Positions 46,003-59,278 of a DNA stretch of 64,000 nt are shown here, piece by piece. Made by a program: the position numbers and the translations under genes. The stretch spans positions 1,922,001 through 1,986,000 of the forward strand of contig NC_134028.1 of the NCBI RefSeq assembly GCF_964204645.1, given 5' to 3'. The notes under the pieces were generated by a model that did not search any database, was not told where the DNA came from, and saw nothing but the letters and a program-made list of their open reading frames with translations. This DNA comes from Tubulanus polymorphus. Its lineage: Eukaryota; Animalia; Nemertea. Every line of letters begins with the position of its first letter. The first letter of the stretch is position 1.

Positions 46003-48541
46003 ACGTTGAGTGACACGATACACACATTTATTTATATGGATTTCTACTATATCAACAATAGATAACTGTATATTGATTAGAGATAGATATAGATTACTGA
46101 AAAATAACAGGATCGGTTATAAAATTACGTGCTTTAGCTACCTTAATATTCAATAGAATTTCTGTAGTAAAAAAACGTTGAGAATTTTCTGTTTTCCATT
46201 AATTTTTTGTTGTTCAAAAGAATGCGTTAGTGAGAGTGTCCCTCGGGTTGTTTGGCTTCAGAACGCTCGCTGTAAGATCCCTGCGGTGAAACCTTTGTCC
46301 ATAAGTATCTTTTAATTTATTCTTTTGAACCCAAACCCTGGGCCTGCATATTTCTAGAGCAGTTTCTTCCCACTAGACCATCCAGGCTCGTTAATCTTCC
46401 TTTGTAAAATTCACAAAGATTACATTCTTCTAGCCTCCACTGGTTTTCAGGGGCTTTGAAATTTTATGGACACGACTGCACAAATTAACAAAATGCCCCC
46501 CTTTTGACTCTCCTCGAGGGACTCATCTTATGAAACAAACACGCATGTGATACTCGCATATCGTTGAAGCTTAAACTGATAATACGAGCATCTCTCGGAT
46601 TTCCGTTATTTTCTTTGCTCGGGCATCTTTTACACGGAAACTTCAGTCATTCGATCATTCATGAATAACAAAAGAATCTCTTATCGTGAAACCATGATAA
46701 ATCATGGACAACGATGAATCTATTTTATCGAGCTGAATACTCGGGTAATGTCCTCCACAATCGATCAGACAGTCACACAAACCTATAATCAGTCACCTCT
46801 TCTTTCGTAATCAGGGACCTGCTCGAAAATAATGCGAGAACATAAGTCAGACGAGAACTCTAACATTTCGATGATTGATAATCAAATTTCCGTTCCTACT
46901 TCCAGAATATCAAGAATAATAGGACAACGGTAAATATTACTTTATGATAATTAGTGTAGTCAAGTCTCATGTTTTGATAGCCGAATTTCTGACAATTTAT
47001 TGTTTATTTAATCTTTCGCATAACGGTAATTCTAAATTTGATACATGCATGAGCAAAACATGCAGTTTTCCTACCATTGCGGCGTAGCTATCAAACTTTA
47101 CATTTCTGAATCAAGAGTATCAATTAGAAGCTATTCTTAGTTAGTTAGTAGGGACACTAGGAATACAGATACACTTTAATTTCAAGGGTAATCTATGTTG
47201 ACACAACATATGTCATCAGGGCTTCACTATACTGATTAAAACAGCATTCCATCACGATGTTTATAACTGCTTACACGAGGCTGGGATACGACACCGCGGG
47301 CGATCTAACGATAGATTGATAGCAAGTTGTCTTCAGGTAAAATATTAATAAGATCATCTATGTGCGGCATTAGACTAGAACAAGTGATGCATTATTCAAC
47401 CCATTACTAAACACCAGTCAGCAGCATACAGCAGTAATCGAGCTCGATTATACGACCACATTACTGAGCTAGTGACAATTCAAAAAAGAAATTGTCAATC
47501 AATTTAAATTCACCGATTTGATAGATTCAGCGAGAAGCACGATTTAAACACAGGGAAACATGGAAACACAGAATCAAATACGTTTGATCTCGGAAACATT
47601 GTTTCCCGAAACCATTTTCTTGTTTCTAGTAAATGCACATGACGCAGGGAAGCGCTCAGAAAATATTTTCTGTCTCCTGATTTTGTGTCTCCCTGCATCA
47701 TGTGGGTCGGGTTTTAGCAATTTCATAGATGTAGATGAATTCAGAAAGTTACTAAGATCCCAAAAGGAGCGCATCATTTTGGACGTGGAAGAATTAAAGC
47801 CAGTTGTCAAAGATAAAGACCAGAATTGATCTTTCAAGTAATGACCCGCACAACCAGAACAATCTGGAAAATGTCTCTCTCTCTCTCCGGAATATTGAAC
47901 ATAACATGAGACAAATCCGAAGATTCTATCAGAGAAAAAGTCGTTAGTGTTAATAATGAATGGCGATGAAATATTGATAGAATGTTTACACACTGGAATT
48001 CACTCGAGCAAAGCTTCCACACGGACAGACGGCACCGAGTGAGAGAACGGACAGAGAGAGAAATATCTGATTCGTCATCGTAGTTACCCGTTGTCGAAAC
48101 GTCCCTCGATGATTTCTGCTCGAAGGTGATAACACCGCGAATCGATACTTCACATTCCTCCGATCGACGTCAACAGGCTTAACTTCTGACAGGATTCAAT
48201 ACGTTATCAACAGTGCTGAGACCGTACACAGCACCACTGCCTTCACATATACGCATTGTACCTTGCAGCTCATATCGGTTTTTGTGAAATAATCTTTCAG
48301 TATTTGAATAAAGTCACAATGATATTAATGAATGTCACTGAATAAATGTATCCTTATATTTCTAAGAGAAGATGTGATCATTTGAGCCATGGACATTAAA
48401 CAGAGTGCATGTTTGAACTAACAGGCAACAATCTGTGCAATTCTCTGCTTCAGATGAATCTTCACTTATATGAGGTGCGATCACAGAAGCGTTTTTAGCT
48501 CACGCTAGATTAGGCCCAGGCCAAGTATGGACAAGCGTGCT

Positions 48542-48909
48542 AAATGGGCCCGTGCCTGTTTGACCCAGACCAGAGGCCCGAGCCAAATCATTCCGAGCGG
48601 ATGCTGGTTTTGGAAGTGACTCGTCTTGCTGCTTCGAAACCAGTGAGTGGTCTTAGTGTGAACCTGCAAGCGCCAAACTCGGACCTGAACTGGGCTAAAT
48701 CTTCTCGATGTGATCCAGCCTAGTGAAATGGGCCCGTGCCTGTTTGACCCAGACCAGAGGCCCGAGCCAAATAATTCCGAGCGGATGCTGGTTTTGGAAG
48801 TGACTCGTCTTGCTGTTTCGAAACCAGTGAGTGGTCTACGTGTGAACCTGCAAGCGCCAAACTCGGGCCTGAACTGGGCTAAATCTTCTCGATGTGATCC
48901 AGACTAGTG
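48542..48909. repeat. Tandem dimer of a 184-bp GC-richer unit
   Basis: Units start AAATGGGCCCGTGCC at 48542 and 48726 and differ by only a few substitutions. Confidence 0.92.
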
Positions 48910-49230
48910 AAATTCATCGTACATATAGGTATTTAATGATTATCTGAATCGGACCACATGTTATAATCATACAAAGGTGTGTTTATATACGGGTGTATAT
49001 AGGCAGGTTTGGCGTTATTTTTCAATATGCCGCTGTCAAACAAAAAAAGAACTGAATGAAAAAACAGCTGCACTAGAGAAAAGCAAATAAATCAAAGCGA
49101 AAATTGTTTAGCTTCCAGAAAATCGATGGATATCAATTAAAGTACAAGTCAAATAAGATTAATTGAGCTCTGTGCATACTACTTAATGAATACATTCACT
49201 CATGGATTTATTGTGTTGATTTCATACCAG

Positions 49231-49357
49231 GGGCCAGTTGCTGAAAAGTTGGTTAGAGTTAACCAGTGGATAGTTGACATAGTGACAATGGAAAGTTCAT
49301 TGTTACTATGGTATCTATCGGCTGGTTATCTTTAACCAACTTTTGAGCAACTGACCC
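49231..49357. mobile_element. Fold-back MITE, CAG TSD (GGNCCRGTT family)
   Basis: CAG|GGGCCAGTTGCTGAAAAGTTGGTTA...TAACCAACTTTTGAGCAACTGACCC|CAG; self-complementary over the whole length. Confidence 0.85.
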
Positions 49358-50427
49358 CAGAACTTTTGACCTGGAATACATGAAATGCATAATTCAAGAG
49401 AATATTTGATGATTCTCTGTTGCACATTTCAATGTTAGATATTATGATATTTTGCCGACGTGACTCCGTCAGGCAGACTGATCACCATTATCCAATCGAC
49501 CCAATAGAACCTATGTTTTAAATTTGTGCACCAGTCTTTCCCAGTCACAACGTAATTATTAATTTAATTGCACGGGTCTTCAATACTGGCTCATAAATGA
49601 CGAACAGCTGTTCGAATTGCTATCATATCATATTCATAGCAAATTAATTCAGGACATTTTCAATGCTATAAAAAGAGGCACGTTTCATATTGTTTAACTT
49701 CATTTCAAAATAGTTCTGAATAAATTCCATGGTTAATTTCATTAGAGTTCATATAAGTAATGCTGAGGCTAAAGCAGTTATGATAGTAAAAGTAAGCGAT
49801 GTAAGGCGATGTAAGCCCTCGTCCTGATCCACAACACTAATCATCTAAGTTCAGTAGTAGATAATGTTAAACGCTAGTTAAGCTAATTTTGGATATTTTA
49901 CTTAAAGTATGCATAATGTAAGTATGCTGTGACACTTTTTTAATCATTTAAGACTGGCCCTCGACCTAATCGTCCTCATCCACAACACATAGTTGTCCAA
50001 GAAAATAATTTGGGATACCAATAGTACAAAGTAAGTACTTTGTAAGCATTTTTGACATATTGTGAATGGTAAACACTTTTTGAATACCTTACTACAGTTT
50101 TTCAAAAGTAAGGTTTTAAGCACTTTGGTTTGGAGACTCACTATGAACAGTATTCGTGGTTTTTACCGAGACCTTATCTCTATGATATGACCTTTATTCC
50201 AGAGTCTATGAAACAGGTCTGGACTTCATTTTTTTACATCCAGGTCACGCAAAATATTGTTGTTATCCCCCTAAGCAGTGGACGACAGGGAGAAGTAGCC
50301 AATAACCGTGATCATTCATCACGTAATGCGCTTGCTTTCACTAAAAGAGGATGCAGTCGCCATAGAAACATAATCAAAACATCTACAAGAGTCCTGTCCT
50401 CTCCACACGTGGCACCGACATCGCTAC

Positions 50428-50460
50428 GAGTGGAACAGGAGTGGAACAGGAGTGGAACAG
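50428..50460. repeat. 11-bp tandem repeat x3 (GAGTGGAACAG)
   Basis: Directly visible. Confidence 0.9.
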
Positions 50461-50567
50461 GTGATCGCTGATCTAACTTCGATTTACTCTCCACAAAATG
50501 CTCACACAACACCGTTGATCTAGAAACCTGGTTTTGAAGTATTTGATTCGATATCAGGCGTACTTAC

Positions 50568-50666
50568 GTCGTTGAACATACTACCGTATGCGATTGTATT
50601 TTGGACGTCCATCTCTTCGTGCTGATCTCGAATATAGTCGTTCATTCCGTGCACCTCGTATGACAT
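50568..50666 (-). CDS. PAPSS: Candidate alternative first coding exon of PAPSS (MSYEVHGMNDYIRDQHEEMDVQNTIAYGSMFND)
   Basis: 33 open codons from an ATG preceded by an in-frame TAA; GAC|GTAAGT consensus donor, phase 0; CpG-rich upstream region. Confidence 0.55.
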
Positions 50667-51512
50667 TTACACTTCAGGCGAGTCAATATACTGATGATCG
50701 TTCAGCGCGTTTATGTACAGAGACCGAGAGCATACATTTCTTCATCGGCTGTCGAGGAATCGTTCTGTAAAACGTTCTCATCAAAATTCATACGTCGACT
50801 TCATCCCTAACCCGAGCAGTACGCGTATAGATCATATCATCATCGCACGTTGTCAATACGGTGGTAGGTCTGATCGTCAATACTTGACAAACATACCTAC
50901 CGCGCATTCAGTAGCAGTGATGCGGGTAAACGCCGCGAGGTTTTCGTCATTTTTCATCCCGCATCTTTACGGGTTCCATGTCTCTTTACAATCGACGATC
51001 ATTTTGAAGTTAATTTATCTTTACGAATCGCCTCGAGGAAGAATCTCTAATTTCAGTAAAAGCAAATTCTAAAAGCCACAAAAAACTTCGCAATCTTTAA
51101 CAGTTACAAATTGCGTTCGATCATGACTCGACTGAGGGTGAAATCTATCGCGAAAGATCGACAATTTTGACTAAGCGAATTCCGAGCGGTAACATTAACC
51201 GAGCAATCGGCAGACGCAATTTCTAAATGCATAGAAAGTGTCAACGGGTAAAAAATGTGGCACCACAGATAATGGACAGCATTAATCGGAGCATTCCAAT
51301 TTCAAAGAGATTTTCAGCACTGGTTTCCATAAATCACCGAGCATTGATTCTATAAAAAGATGAGATAAATCTGAAGAATGGGCATTAGTCGCTTCATCTA
51401 CCTTCGCTTGAAACTTCGTTGATATTTTGATAAGTCTTCAACGACTGAATAGCTTCGGCTCCTCGGGCGACTTTCAAAAGATTTTCTTCGCGACGGAGAC
51501 CGATCGAACGAC

Positions 51513-52913
51513 TGTAATTATTCGTTATTAAACATCGTCGCGCACAGCGTCTTGTCATACAATTTCAAAGGTTATTGCGCTTATAGAAGCGAAAAAAAGC
51601 CGGAAATCAGATTTTGCGAAAGCATAAGTTTTCTCTTACGGGTACGACCGGGCGATCCATAGAAATCACGTTAACCGAAGCTAATATCACCGACAATCAA
51701 GTCTGACGACGCTGAGGAAGCAACAGTTTCTATGGAATAACCGAGCTTAGAAAATAACACGCAGTAACAGACTGGTGTATATGAGCATACATTCACAGAT
51801 TGATAAACCGAGTGAGGTGACAAAAATATGCCGCCATTCTGATCAATAACTTCTTTATCTTCTTAGGGGAAACTTTTGAAGATTAATTACAAATCATTCT
51901 TTTGGGGCAGGAAATTATTTTCAAGACTAGAGAGAGAGGGGAAGAGAGAGAACTTCTTTGATGTGGTTAGTCGACGCATAGATGACAGAAACGTCAGTGA
52001 CTGTACAGTATTTACGCGCAGCACTCTTGGTCTGTAATTATTACTGTTGCTGATGAATGGAAATGATACACTAACTTCACCCAGCTTCTACAGTATTCAT
52101 GTATTATCACAAATTAGGTGAGGAAATGATGAATTCCTTCTCTATTATTATCAAAATTAACCAACTAGGTGACAACAAATCAATATCCCTTGCATTTTAT
52201 ACTTTAAAATCTGGGACAAATCGGGGGGGGGGGTCTTGAGAGACTTGTCCAATAGCCTCTACGATATATATTAGACCGACTATGGTATTATATGGATGCT
52301 TTTCAGAAATGGTACATCTAATTTCATCAACCAAAATTGTTCATCATTCTTATTAATGATGCGGTTAATTTTGTCTCGTTTTTGGTGAATTTCACATCAC
52401 GAGACCCTCATCATTTAACTAACTGCCTCGGTCCTATGACTTATTTCCTGTTTTTGAATTGTACACCTGTCAGCCTACGCAAACAATATTAATGTGAAAT
52501 AAATCTGAAAATCAGCGAACGCTCGTTTTCATAAAAAGCTTATGCTCCGTTCCAAATTACCCATAATCTATCCGGCATTCGGAAAAATAATTTCATGTTT
52601 CCAGAAAACGCCATATTTCATATGTACCTGAATGTAGCCATTATCCCTGTTGCATCACTAGAATCCTTAGATGAATGAATCTGATATATACAATTATACA
52701 GGGTTTAAACTAACTACAAACTCATAATCATTTATAATTACATAATTACGATTGATTATTACTATATATAATAGTGTAATTATTCATTATTAAACATCAC
52801 CACGCGCAGCGTCTTGTGATACTATTTCAAAGGTTATTGCGCTTAAAGAAGCGAAAAAAGCCAGACATCAGATTTTGTGAAAGCATAAGTTTTCTCTTAC
52901 GGGTACGGCCGGG
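51513..52913. repeat. Two diverged ~140-bp direct copies (51513-51652 and 52775-52913)
   Basis: Shared CAGCGTCTTGT...TTTCAAAGGTTATTGCGCTTA.AGAAGCG...AAAGCATAAGTTTTCTCTTACGGGTACG. Confidence 0.85.
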
Positions 52914-53184
52914 GGAGAGAGATGTCAGTGGTCATCGAAAGGCTACAAACAACGTGTTGCCGGATGGACGATAAATCTATAGAATATGCACCTGACTGCT
53001 AGTAAACTGTATGAATACAAATCAGGATTTAACTGCTTTTCTGAATGCTTTCACTTAATCCATAGATGAATGAATGAGATGTATACAATTATTCAGGTTT
53101 TAAACCAACTATAACCTTAAAATTATTCATATATGCTAAACTCCAGTTTGACTAGAGCGTTGAGACTAAAACTGCACCATCAGT

Positions 53185-53374
53185 CCATCTACATCGCAAT
53201 GCACCATCTACACCGCAGTGCACCATCTACACCGCAGTGCACCATCTACACCGCAGTGCACCATCTACACCGCAGTGCACCGTCTACACCGCAGTGCACC
53301 GTCTACACCGCAGTGCACCATCTACACCGCAGTGCACCATCTACACCGCAGTGCACCATCTACACCGCAGTGCA
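53185..53374. repeat. Minisatellite, 10 x 19 bp (CCATCTACACCGCAGTGCA)
   Basis: Head-to-tail units without spacers; two adjacent units carry CCG instead of CCA. Confidence 0.95.
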
Positions 53375-53777
53375 CCGTCAGTATAACAAAGTGCACCAAG
53401 TATAAGAAATCTTGTTTCAGACTAAGCCATGCATAGAATTCCTGATGCTCGTCGCGATGAATGGATCTATATTCATCTAAAAGGTGATTTCATGCAAATT
53501 CTGCTTTGATTAATTTGTATGATTCGGTTCATATGCAAATCGAAGATTTGTGATGCAAATTCCAGTCGAATTGATGTCAATTAAATGGAAAAATTTACAG
53601 AAAATAGCGTTCGAAACGGTTCGATAATGAATTAATCATACCACGAAATCAGTTAATGATCTAAACATATAGATATATACCGTAAAAAATAAACAATTCT
53701 CGTAAAAACTTAAGACACATTGAAAGAAAAAAAAATAGTTTCTAATACTAAGAATTATCGAAATTGATGAAAATTAC

Positions 53778-53840
53778 CTTCCTGATTCCGTACGGGTCGG
53801 GCATTTCAACATGTTCACCGTTGTTCGTTATTTTAGACAT
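53778..53840 (-). CDS. PAPSS: Candidate alternative first coding exon of PAPSS (MSKITNNGEHVEMPDPYGIRK)
   Basis: 21 codons, AAG|GTAATT donor, phase 0; CpG-rich region with a CCAAT box at about 53960-54190 upstream. Confidence 0.55.
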
Positions 53841-56384
53841 AATAGTTTGTTTATATATCGATTTCTCGTTTTTCAAATTAATTTGTCGTAGTCAAATACG
53901 ATGATAGTAATTAAATTCCGATGACCAAATATTAGTTTCTCTTTATCGAATATAAAATTCCAGTCGGTCGACGCGAGGCAGCCTGGCAAAATACGATTAA
54001 TTCTTGGCGGGCTTGAAATAGTTACTGGTAAGTTGGTCAATGCGTCGGTGGCACACCAGCTGAAGTCCTGCGACAACTCGCTAGCCGTACAGCCAATCAA
54101 CTACTCGCAGTCACCACCGAGCCAGCTGCTGCGATCGCAAATGGATCAGCGATGGAATTTAATTTGATCGTACAGCGCGCGAGTGAGTGAGCTGTCATCA
54201 TTCTTTACATTATCATTTACATCCTCTCAATAAATACATATATCTCCCTTTATCACAAATACGTATACTATAGACTTTGAGAAGTACTGACCGATGCTCG
54301 CCAAAATATATCAACATCATCATCATCATTGATGTCACGGACCAATGGAAGCCTCGTAAGGCCTATTGCTGTCCGATCCATTTGGTGATTAATAGCACTT
54401 TAGGTGGCAGAGTTTCTATAAAAGCACTCTCAGATTAAGATTAATGCTGTTTCAAGTAATTGGTAGATGATTATTTGATTAGTAGAAGATAGTTTTTGAT
54501 CTGTTTTGATCAGTCATATTCTGAAAATAGCTTTTCATTCTCTTCCATCCTCTGCTATATACACACATCCATGTCAAGCTTGTCAACGCTTACAGGAATG
54601 AATTACATTTCTATCTAATGTTCCAAAATTCTACTCTCAATATCTGAAATATAACAACGGCTTCAAATTACCACAGGGAACTCATAAACTTAACACTAGT
54701 ACAATTCAATTGATGATATCGATAACGAAATTATCAAATTTCTTAATGTTCAGTTCAAAGTGTTCAGTGAACGCGAGCACATTGAATCATCTTATAATAT
54801 CATTATCCTATAATTCTCATTTAACTAGCAAAATTTTGATATTCCGATGCCTCATCTTTGTCTGACTTATCAGTGGAATATGTTGCACCAATTATACAGA
54901 AATCTAAACGTGGATATATCCGAAATCTGGCAGTGACACTTGTTACCGTTTCAAAAGACAAATTTCAGCTTCATTAGACAGCTTTTGAACAAATGAACGA
55001 CTAATACGTTAGTTTATGACAACTGGACATTTGTTTCCAAATCTATAATCAACAGAGCAGAAGCGTCAAACGACAACAGGTTGCGATTCATATCATTTGA
55101 ACTGTCATCGATATAAAACTGCAAAATGATGAGTCAGAAACGCTTTAATTCATAAATCATAAAATTGATTCATGAATTAAACTAAATATATAGCAATATA
55201 CCAGGGTAATGGAAAAGTCCTATTCCATGATTCTACAACTCCTAGTTAGTTAGATGTACATATAGATGAGTGTGGGACCTTTTCAACACTGTTAAATTGA
55301 TACAGATATGGATTAATGCATTTGACATAAAGCTAAATATCTTATTTTCAAATTAGTGAAATATACCATTTTTAAGCATTTGCGTTGTGAAATTGTTTCA
55401 ACATAGAACTTTCAAGAATTTCAAGAATAGCAGCCGCCTTTAGCAGCATTAACAACTCGCACTAGTTCAAATGAATACCTCTACAGAAATTATTACCTAA
55501 AGCAGTTTACATAATGAATATGATTATAACGTATCATATTTTAATGGGACTTAAATACATAGCACCAGGGCTGCACCAGATGGCTGCTAACAACTATCAT
55601 GTCAAGTAATTACAAAACCCTCATCGTTAAACAATGAGTGCCTTGTGGTATATACGGAACATAGCGAACAGCTGTAAGCGGGACCAACAATCATCGGTGA
55701 ACAACATCAACGAATCCATACCTCTCTCATACCTGGCTCTCATACCTCTCAAACCTCTGCCTTGTGTAATAACTTCTTAAGTGTTTCGTTTGATTGAAAT
55801 TTCAGATTTTAATGAATTCTCATCAATCAAAATACGCGAAATGAACCGAACGCGAAGTCGATTGAGAATCTTTACGAGATTAATCGACTTTACCATCAAA
55901 AACGCCTTATCAAACTCTACATCGAACTCTACCAAAACACTTATTGGCCCCTAAACGATCGGTATCTCGATCAGTCGGAAACAATATTGAATGGTTATTG
56001 ATTTGTGAGAATGTCAGTTATCTTTGTTGCGGGTGATAGAGTCCGGATGTCGATGATTCAGTCTCTACGGATGCTACGTGAAATAGATAGAATTTAATTA
56101 AGCAACGCGAAGCTCTTCGCGACGCTGTCTTGAAGTACTTTATCAAACACACTCGACAAACTTCGTGTCAGATATTTCAAAATCGAGCGCCATTAGGCAA
56201 TACATAAAAGGTATGGATATCTTTGATATTTCATCTATCATAGTCAGAAATTTGTAAATTGCTGGCCACGCGCTAGGGGGCGCTTGCGATGAAAATCATA
56301 AAAAACCCCTGGTAATTCATATTATGTATAGGGACTCGGATGAATCTCCGAGTTGATAGGCTCCAACTCAGGCGTAGTCTACTG

Positions 56385-56476
56385 GGTCCAGTTCCACAGT
56401 TCTGAGTTAAGATTTGACTCTAGAGTTAACTCATTGAAAATGAACTAACTTATACTCACAACTGTCGAACTGGGCC
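56385..56476. mobile_element. MITE, CTG TSD (GGNCCRGTT family)
   Basis: CTG|GGTCCAGTTCCACAGTT...AACTGTCGAACTGGGCC|CTG. Confidence 0.8.
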
Positions 56477-58306
56477 CTGCATATAACATAGTCAGCAATT
56501 CGTCAGTTCTTTCGCTTACTGATATAACTGGATACAGCTACTTACTCGAGCAATAATGTTCATTTGGGAAAAGGACGTCATGCCAAACAAGCAAAGCAAT
56601 ATGATAACGATGTCCCATGTGAAATAGAAATTACACTTTATAACTGAAATGATTACTGTTGAAAGTTGAGGCAATAATTACACGGACTTATACAAATTAT
56701 ATGTATTGAAGAGGTTCATTAGATTGTGTAAGCACTAATAGATAATAGAATGCTGCTGATTCTGATTAAAGGCTTTCTATGTATCAATTAGAGAGTTAAA
56801 CTGTGGTCGACATTTTCAAATTTGAGATCAACGACCAAAATCGAATCGAATTACAAACAAAACAATTGTTCTAAAATATAGGGAAATATATCGAATTTAG
56901 AATGGATATTCTGTTATTAAATATGATACATATTTCAATATCCCAAGTTGATCGAAACATCAAAAAAGAACATTCTTAGAATTCTACACACACTAGCTTG
57001 TTATGTCTGATAACAAACTTTCATAGCACAGCTGTTTTCACAAAAGAAAAACTAGATGTCTGATAAAATTGAATCTATAGAATACTAGCATATATTGATG
57101 GGGCTACGTGGCGATGAAATGTGTGGTTTTTTGTGTTCGATCGAGGTATTCAAAAATGGAATGATAGAAATAAACGTAACGACTTACAGAAAACAAAAAA
57201 ATAATACAAATTTGATTCATTTGAAACTGGTTCTAAGAAATGATTTCTTAGAACCGTATTAAACCTGCGCATAGCGGATTGATATCGTTCGTGAGTTCGA
57301 TACTAAGTTCAGTTTGTTTTCTGTATGAATGAGTAAAGGTTCCATATAAAATTCTGGACCTCATTATTTTGGCTGATTTAGACCAATCCGACTTATACAA
57401 GTTTAACACTGGCCCTGAACTGAAATAATGTCACACATATGGTACTATACTAATATTAATAACTTACTTACATGTAAAGTTGGTTGTTTTTCTTGATTTT
57501 CATCTGGGCCATTCAAGATTTCTTTATCGTAGATATCATTCAACTAGGAAACAAATTTCAGTCACAATTTTTTAAAGCAGTTTTCATTGAAAATACGTTA
57601 ACGAACCAAACATTTTGGTTTTCTCAGTAGAGTGACTGTCTAATACAGCAGAATGCTTTGAGCCATTTTCAAGATACTTTTGAAAAAAAGTTTGAAAATA
57701 GATCACAGCATTCGACCAAATATGTGCTGAAAATCTCCCGATTTAGGTTATAAAGGTCTCAGTACGAGCATTTCCGCAACCAGTCATAAAAATTAAATCC
57801 TGATAAATCAATTACAGAGATACTGTTTTTTTTTATGTTAAAGATCCCTCAAATCGTTCACCACAGTTTTGAAGAGTTTCGAAAAATTAATAAACCAGAA
57901 AAAATCTTTGAGTCGGTGAAAATGTAATTTTCATATTCCATAGCAACTGATTTATTCGCACGTATAAAAAAAAATTTGTTAGATCCACGAGACAGCATCA
58001 AAGCACTGTAAATAAATGGCGGCTGATTTTAATTGACTGGTTTTATCTGATAAAGCTGCTTGATAGGGCTTTTAATCGACAGATGCCCAGATATAAGCGG
58101 AGATAATCTTTAAACCTCCATAGCTCCCTAAACAGCCCGGATATAAACTAATCAAAACCATACAGGCCTATAGAAATATTGAGATGGACACTTAGTTTGA
58201 TGTTTTAATTCACTTATTTATCAATCATCGATCGGCCTATCAGATGAACAGCTGTTTCTCTATTTTGTTTGTATTTCTGGACGAAGTGTTTGAAGGGTCA
58301 TCTTAC

Positions 58307-58336
58307 CAACTTGCGTTTCTTAACTTCCATATCCAT
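58307..58336 (-). CDS. PAPSS: Distal first coding exon of PAPSS with NLS-like KKRK (MDMEVKKRKL)
   Basis: ATA ATG G Kozak, TTG|GTAAGA donor, phase 0; resembles the N-terminal KKxK NLS of vertebrate PAPSS1. Confidence 0.7.
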
Positions 58337-59278
58337 TATTGCAGTAGTACAAACTAGATGAAGCTTATTGGAAAAGTCCACCAGAAAAACAATTGTAGTT
58401 ATAACTTATGGGCGATAGGGTTAGGCTAGGTTATATAATGGCAGTGGCAGTGTTTCGTGATGTGTCGTGTATGGTATAAGTTCCTTTTGAACTTGTTTTT
58501 AGATAATCTGTAACTTCCAACTTAAATCGAACTTGTGGGTATAGCACTGGCAGCAGCTGCCAACTACTAACACACAGTAGCAGTACAGTATAGTATGGCG
58601 ATTGGCGGTGTCCACACAACAACAGCCGTAAATATGGACGAAAAGGCTGGTTTCACTGGAATACGTCACGATACAACACTCACAGGAAGGAGCCTTTCAG
58701 CTCATTGGGTTATTAAATATGATATATATCTCCTGCACACGTCTTCTTGTCTTTATATTCGGCGGTCTTCCACGAATACGACGTACAAAAACACCAAAAA
58801 CCCGGGGGTGGGATTTCCCAAATTTGGAATTTCCTTATGGTTAGTTGCAATCCGCGAAACCCAGTTCACCAATTCAATTCAACTGATCGTAAAACTACCG
58901 AGTTTACCAATAATTGACTACAAAAGGACCGACTACAAATGCCTGTAAAATGTATGATTTAGGATCGGATATTTATTACTCGCTTATTGAATACGAAAAA
59001 TTGATGACTATTATCATAGAACTATTATCAGACTTGATAGACTGGTTGCCGGACTGTGAATGCAGGTGGCGCAGAATTCGGACAGGCAACCAGTCCGCCA
59101 ATTCAATTGGGTTCGAATCCAGATATTGAGCACCCCTTTTGAAGCCACCATCCGTAGAATAGGGTTGTGCAGCGCTTCATGCGGCTCCACAAACCTCGCA
59201 CCGTAACCCTTCAAAGCCGTCGCCACTGCACATTCGTTACCCCTTATTTTCATTACCGATATAGACTGAATTTAAACA

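Noticed and set aside
47510-48273. ORFs 47560-47829(+), 47574-47993(-) and a possible MSCK|GT mini-exon at 48262-48273
   Set aside because: No recognisable homology, partly built on GGAAAC repeat remnants; the weak donor makes chance likely.
52628-52660. Additional PAPSS first exon (ATGGCTACATTCAG|GT)
   Set aside because: Phase 2, incompatible with the phase-0 acceptor at 40523.
53185-53374. CRISPR-like array, or coding ORFs 53133-53405 and 53218-53436
   Set aside because: Units are contiguous with no unique spacers, the context is eukaryotic with no cas genes, and the ORFs are a by-product of a stop-free 19-bp repeat.
53185-53374. Tandem metal-response elements
   Set aside because: TGCACCA and TGCACTG do not satisfy TGCRCNC.
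57229-57255. Perfect 12-bp hairpin as a terminator
   Set aside because: Eukaryotic intronic context and no U-tract; likely a collapsed repeat remnant.
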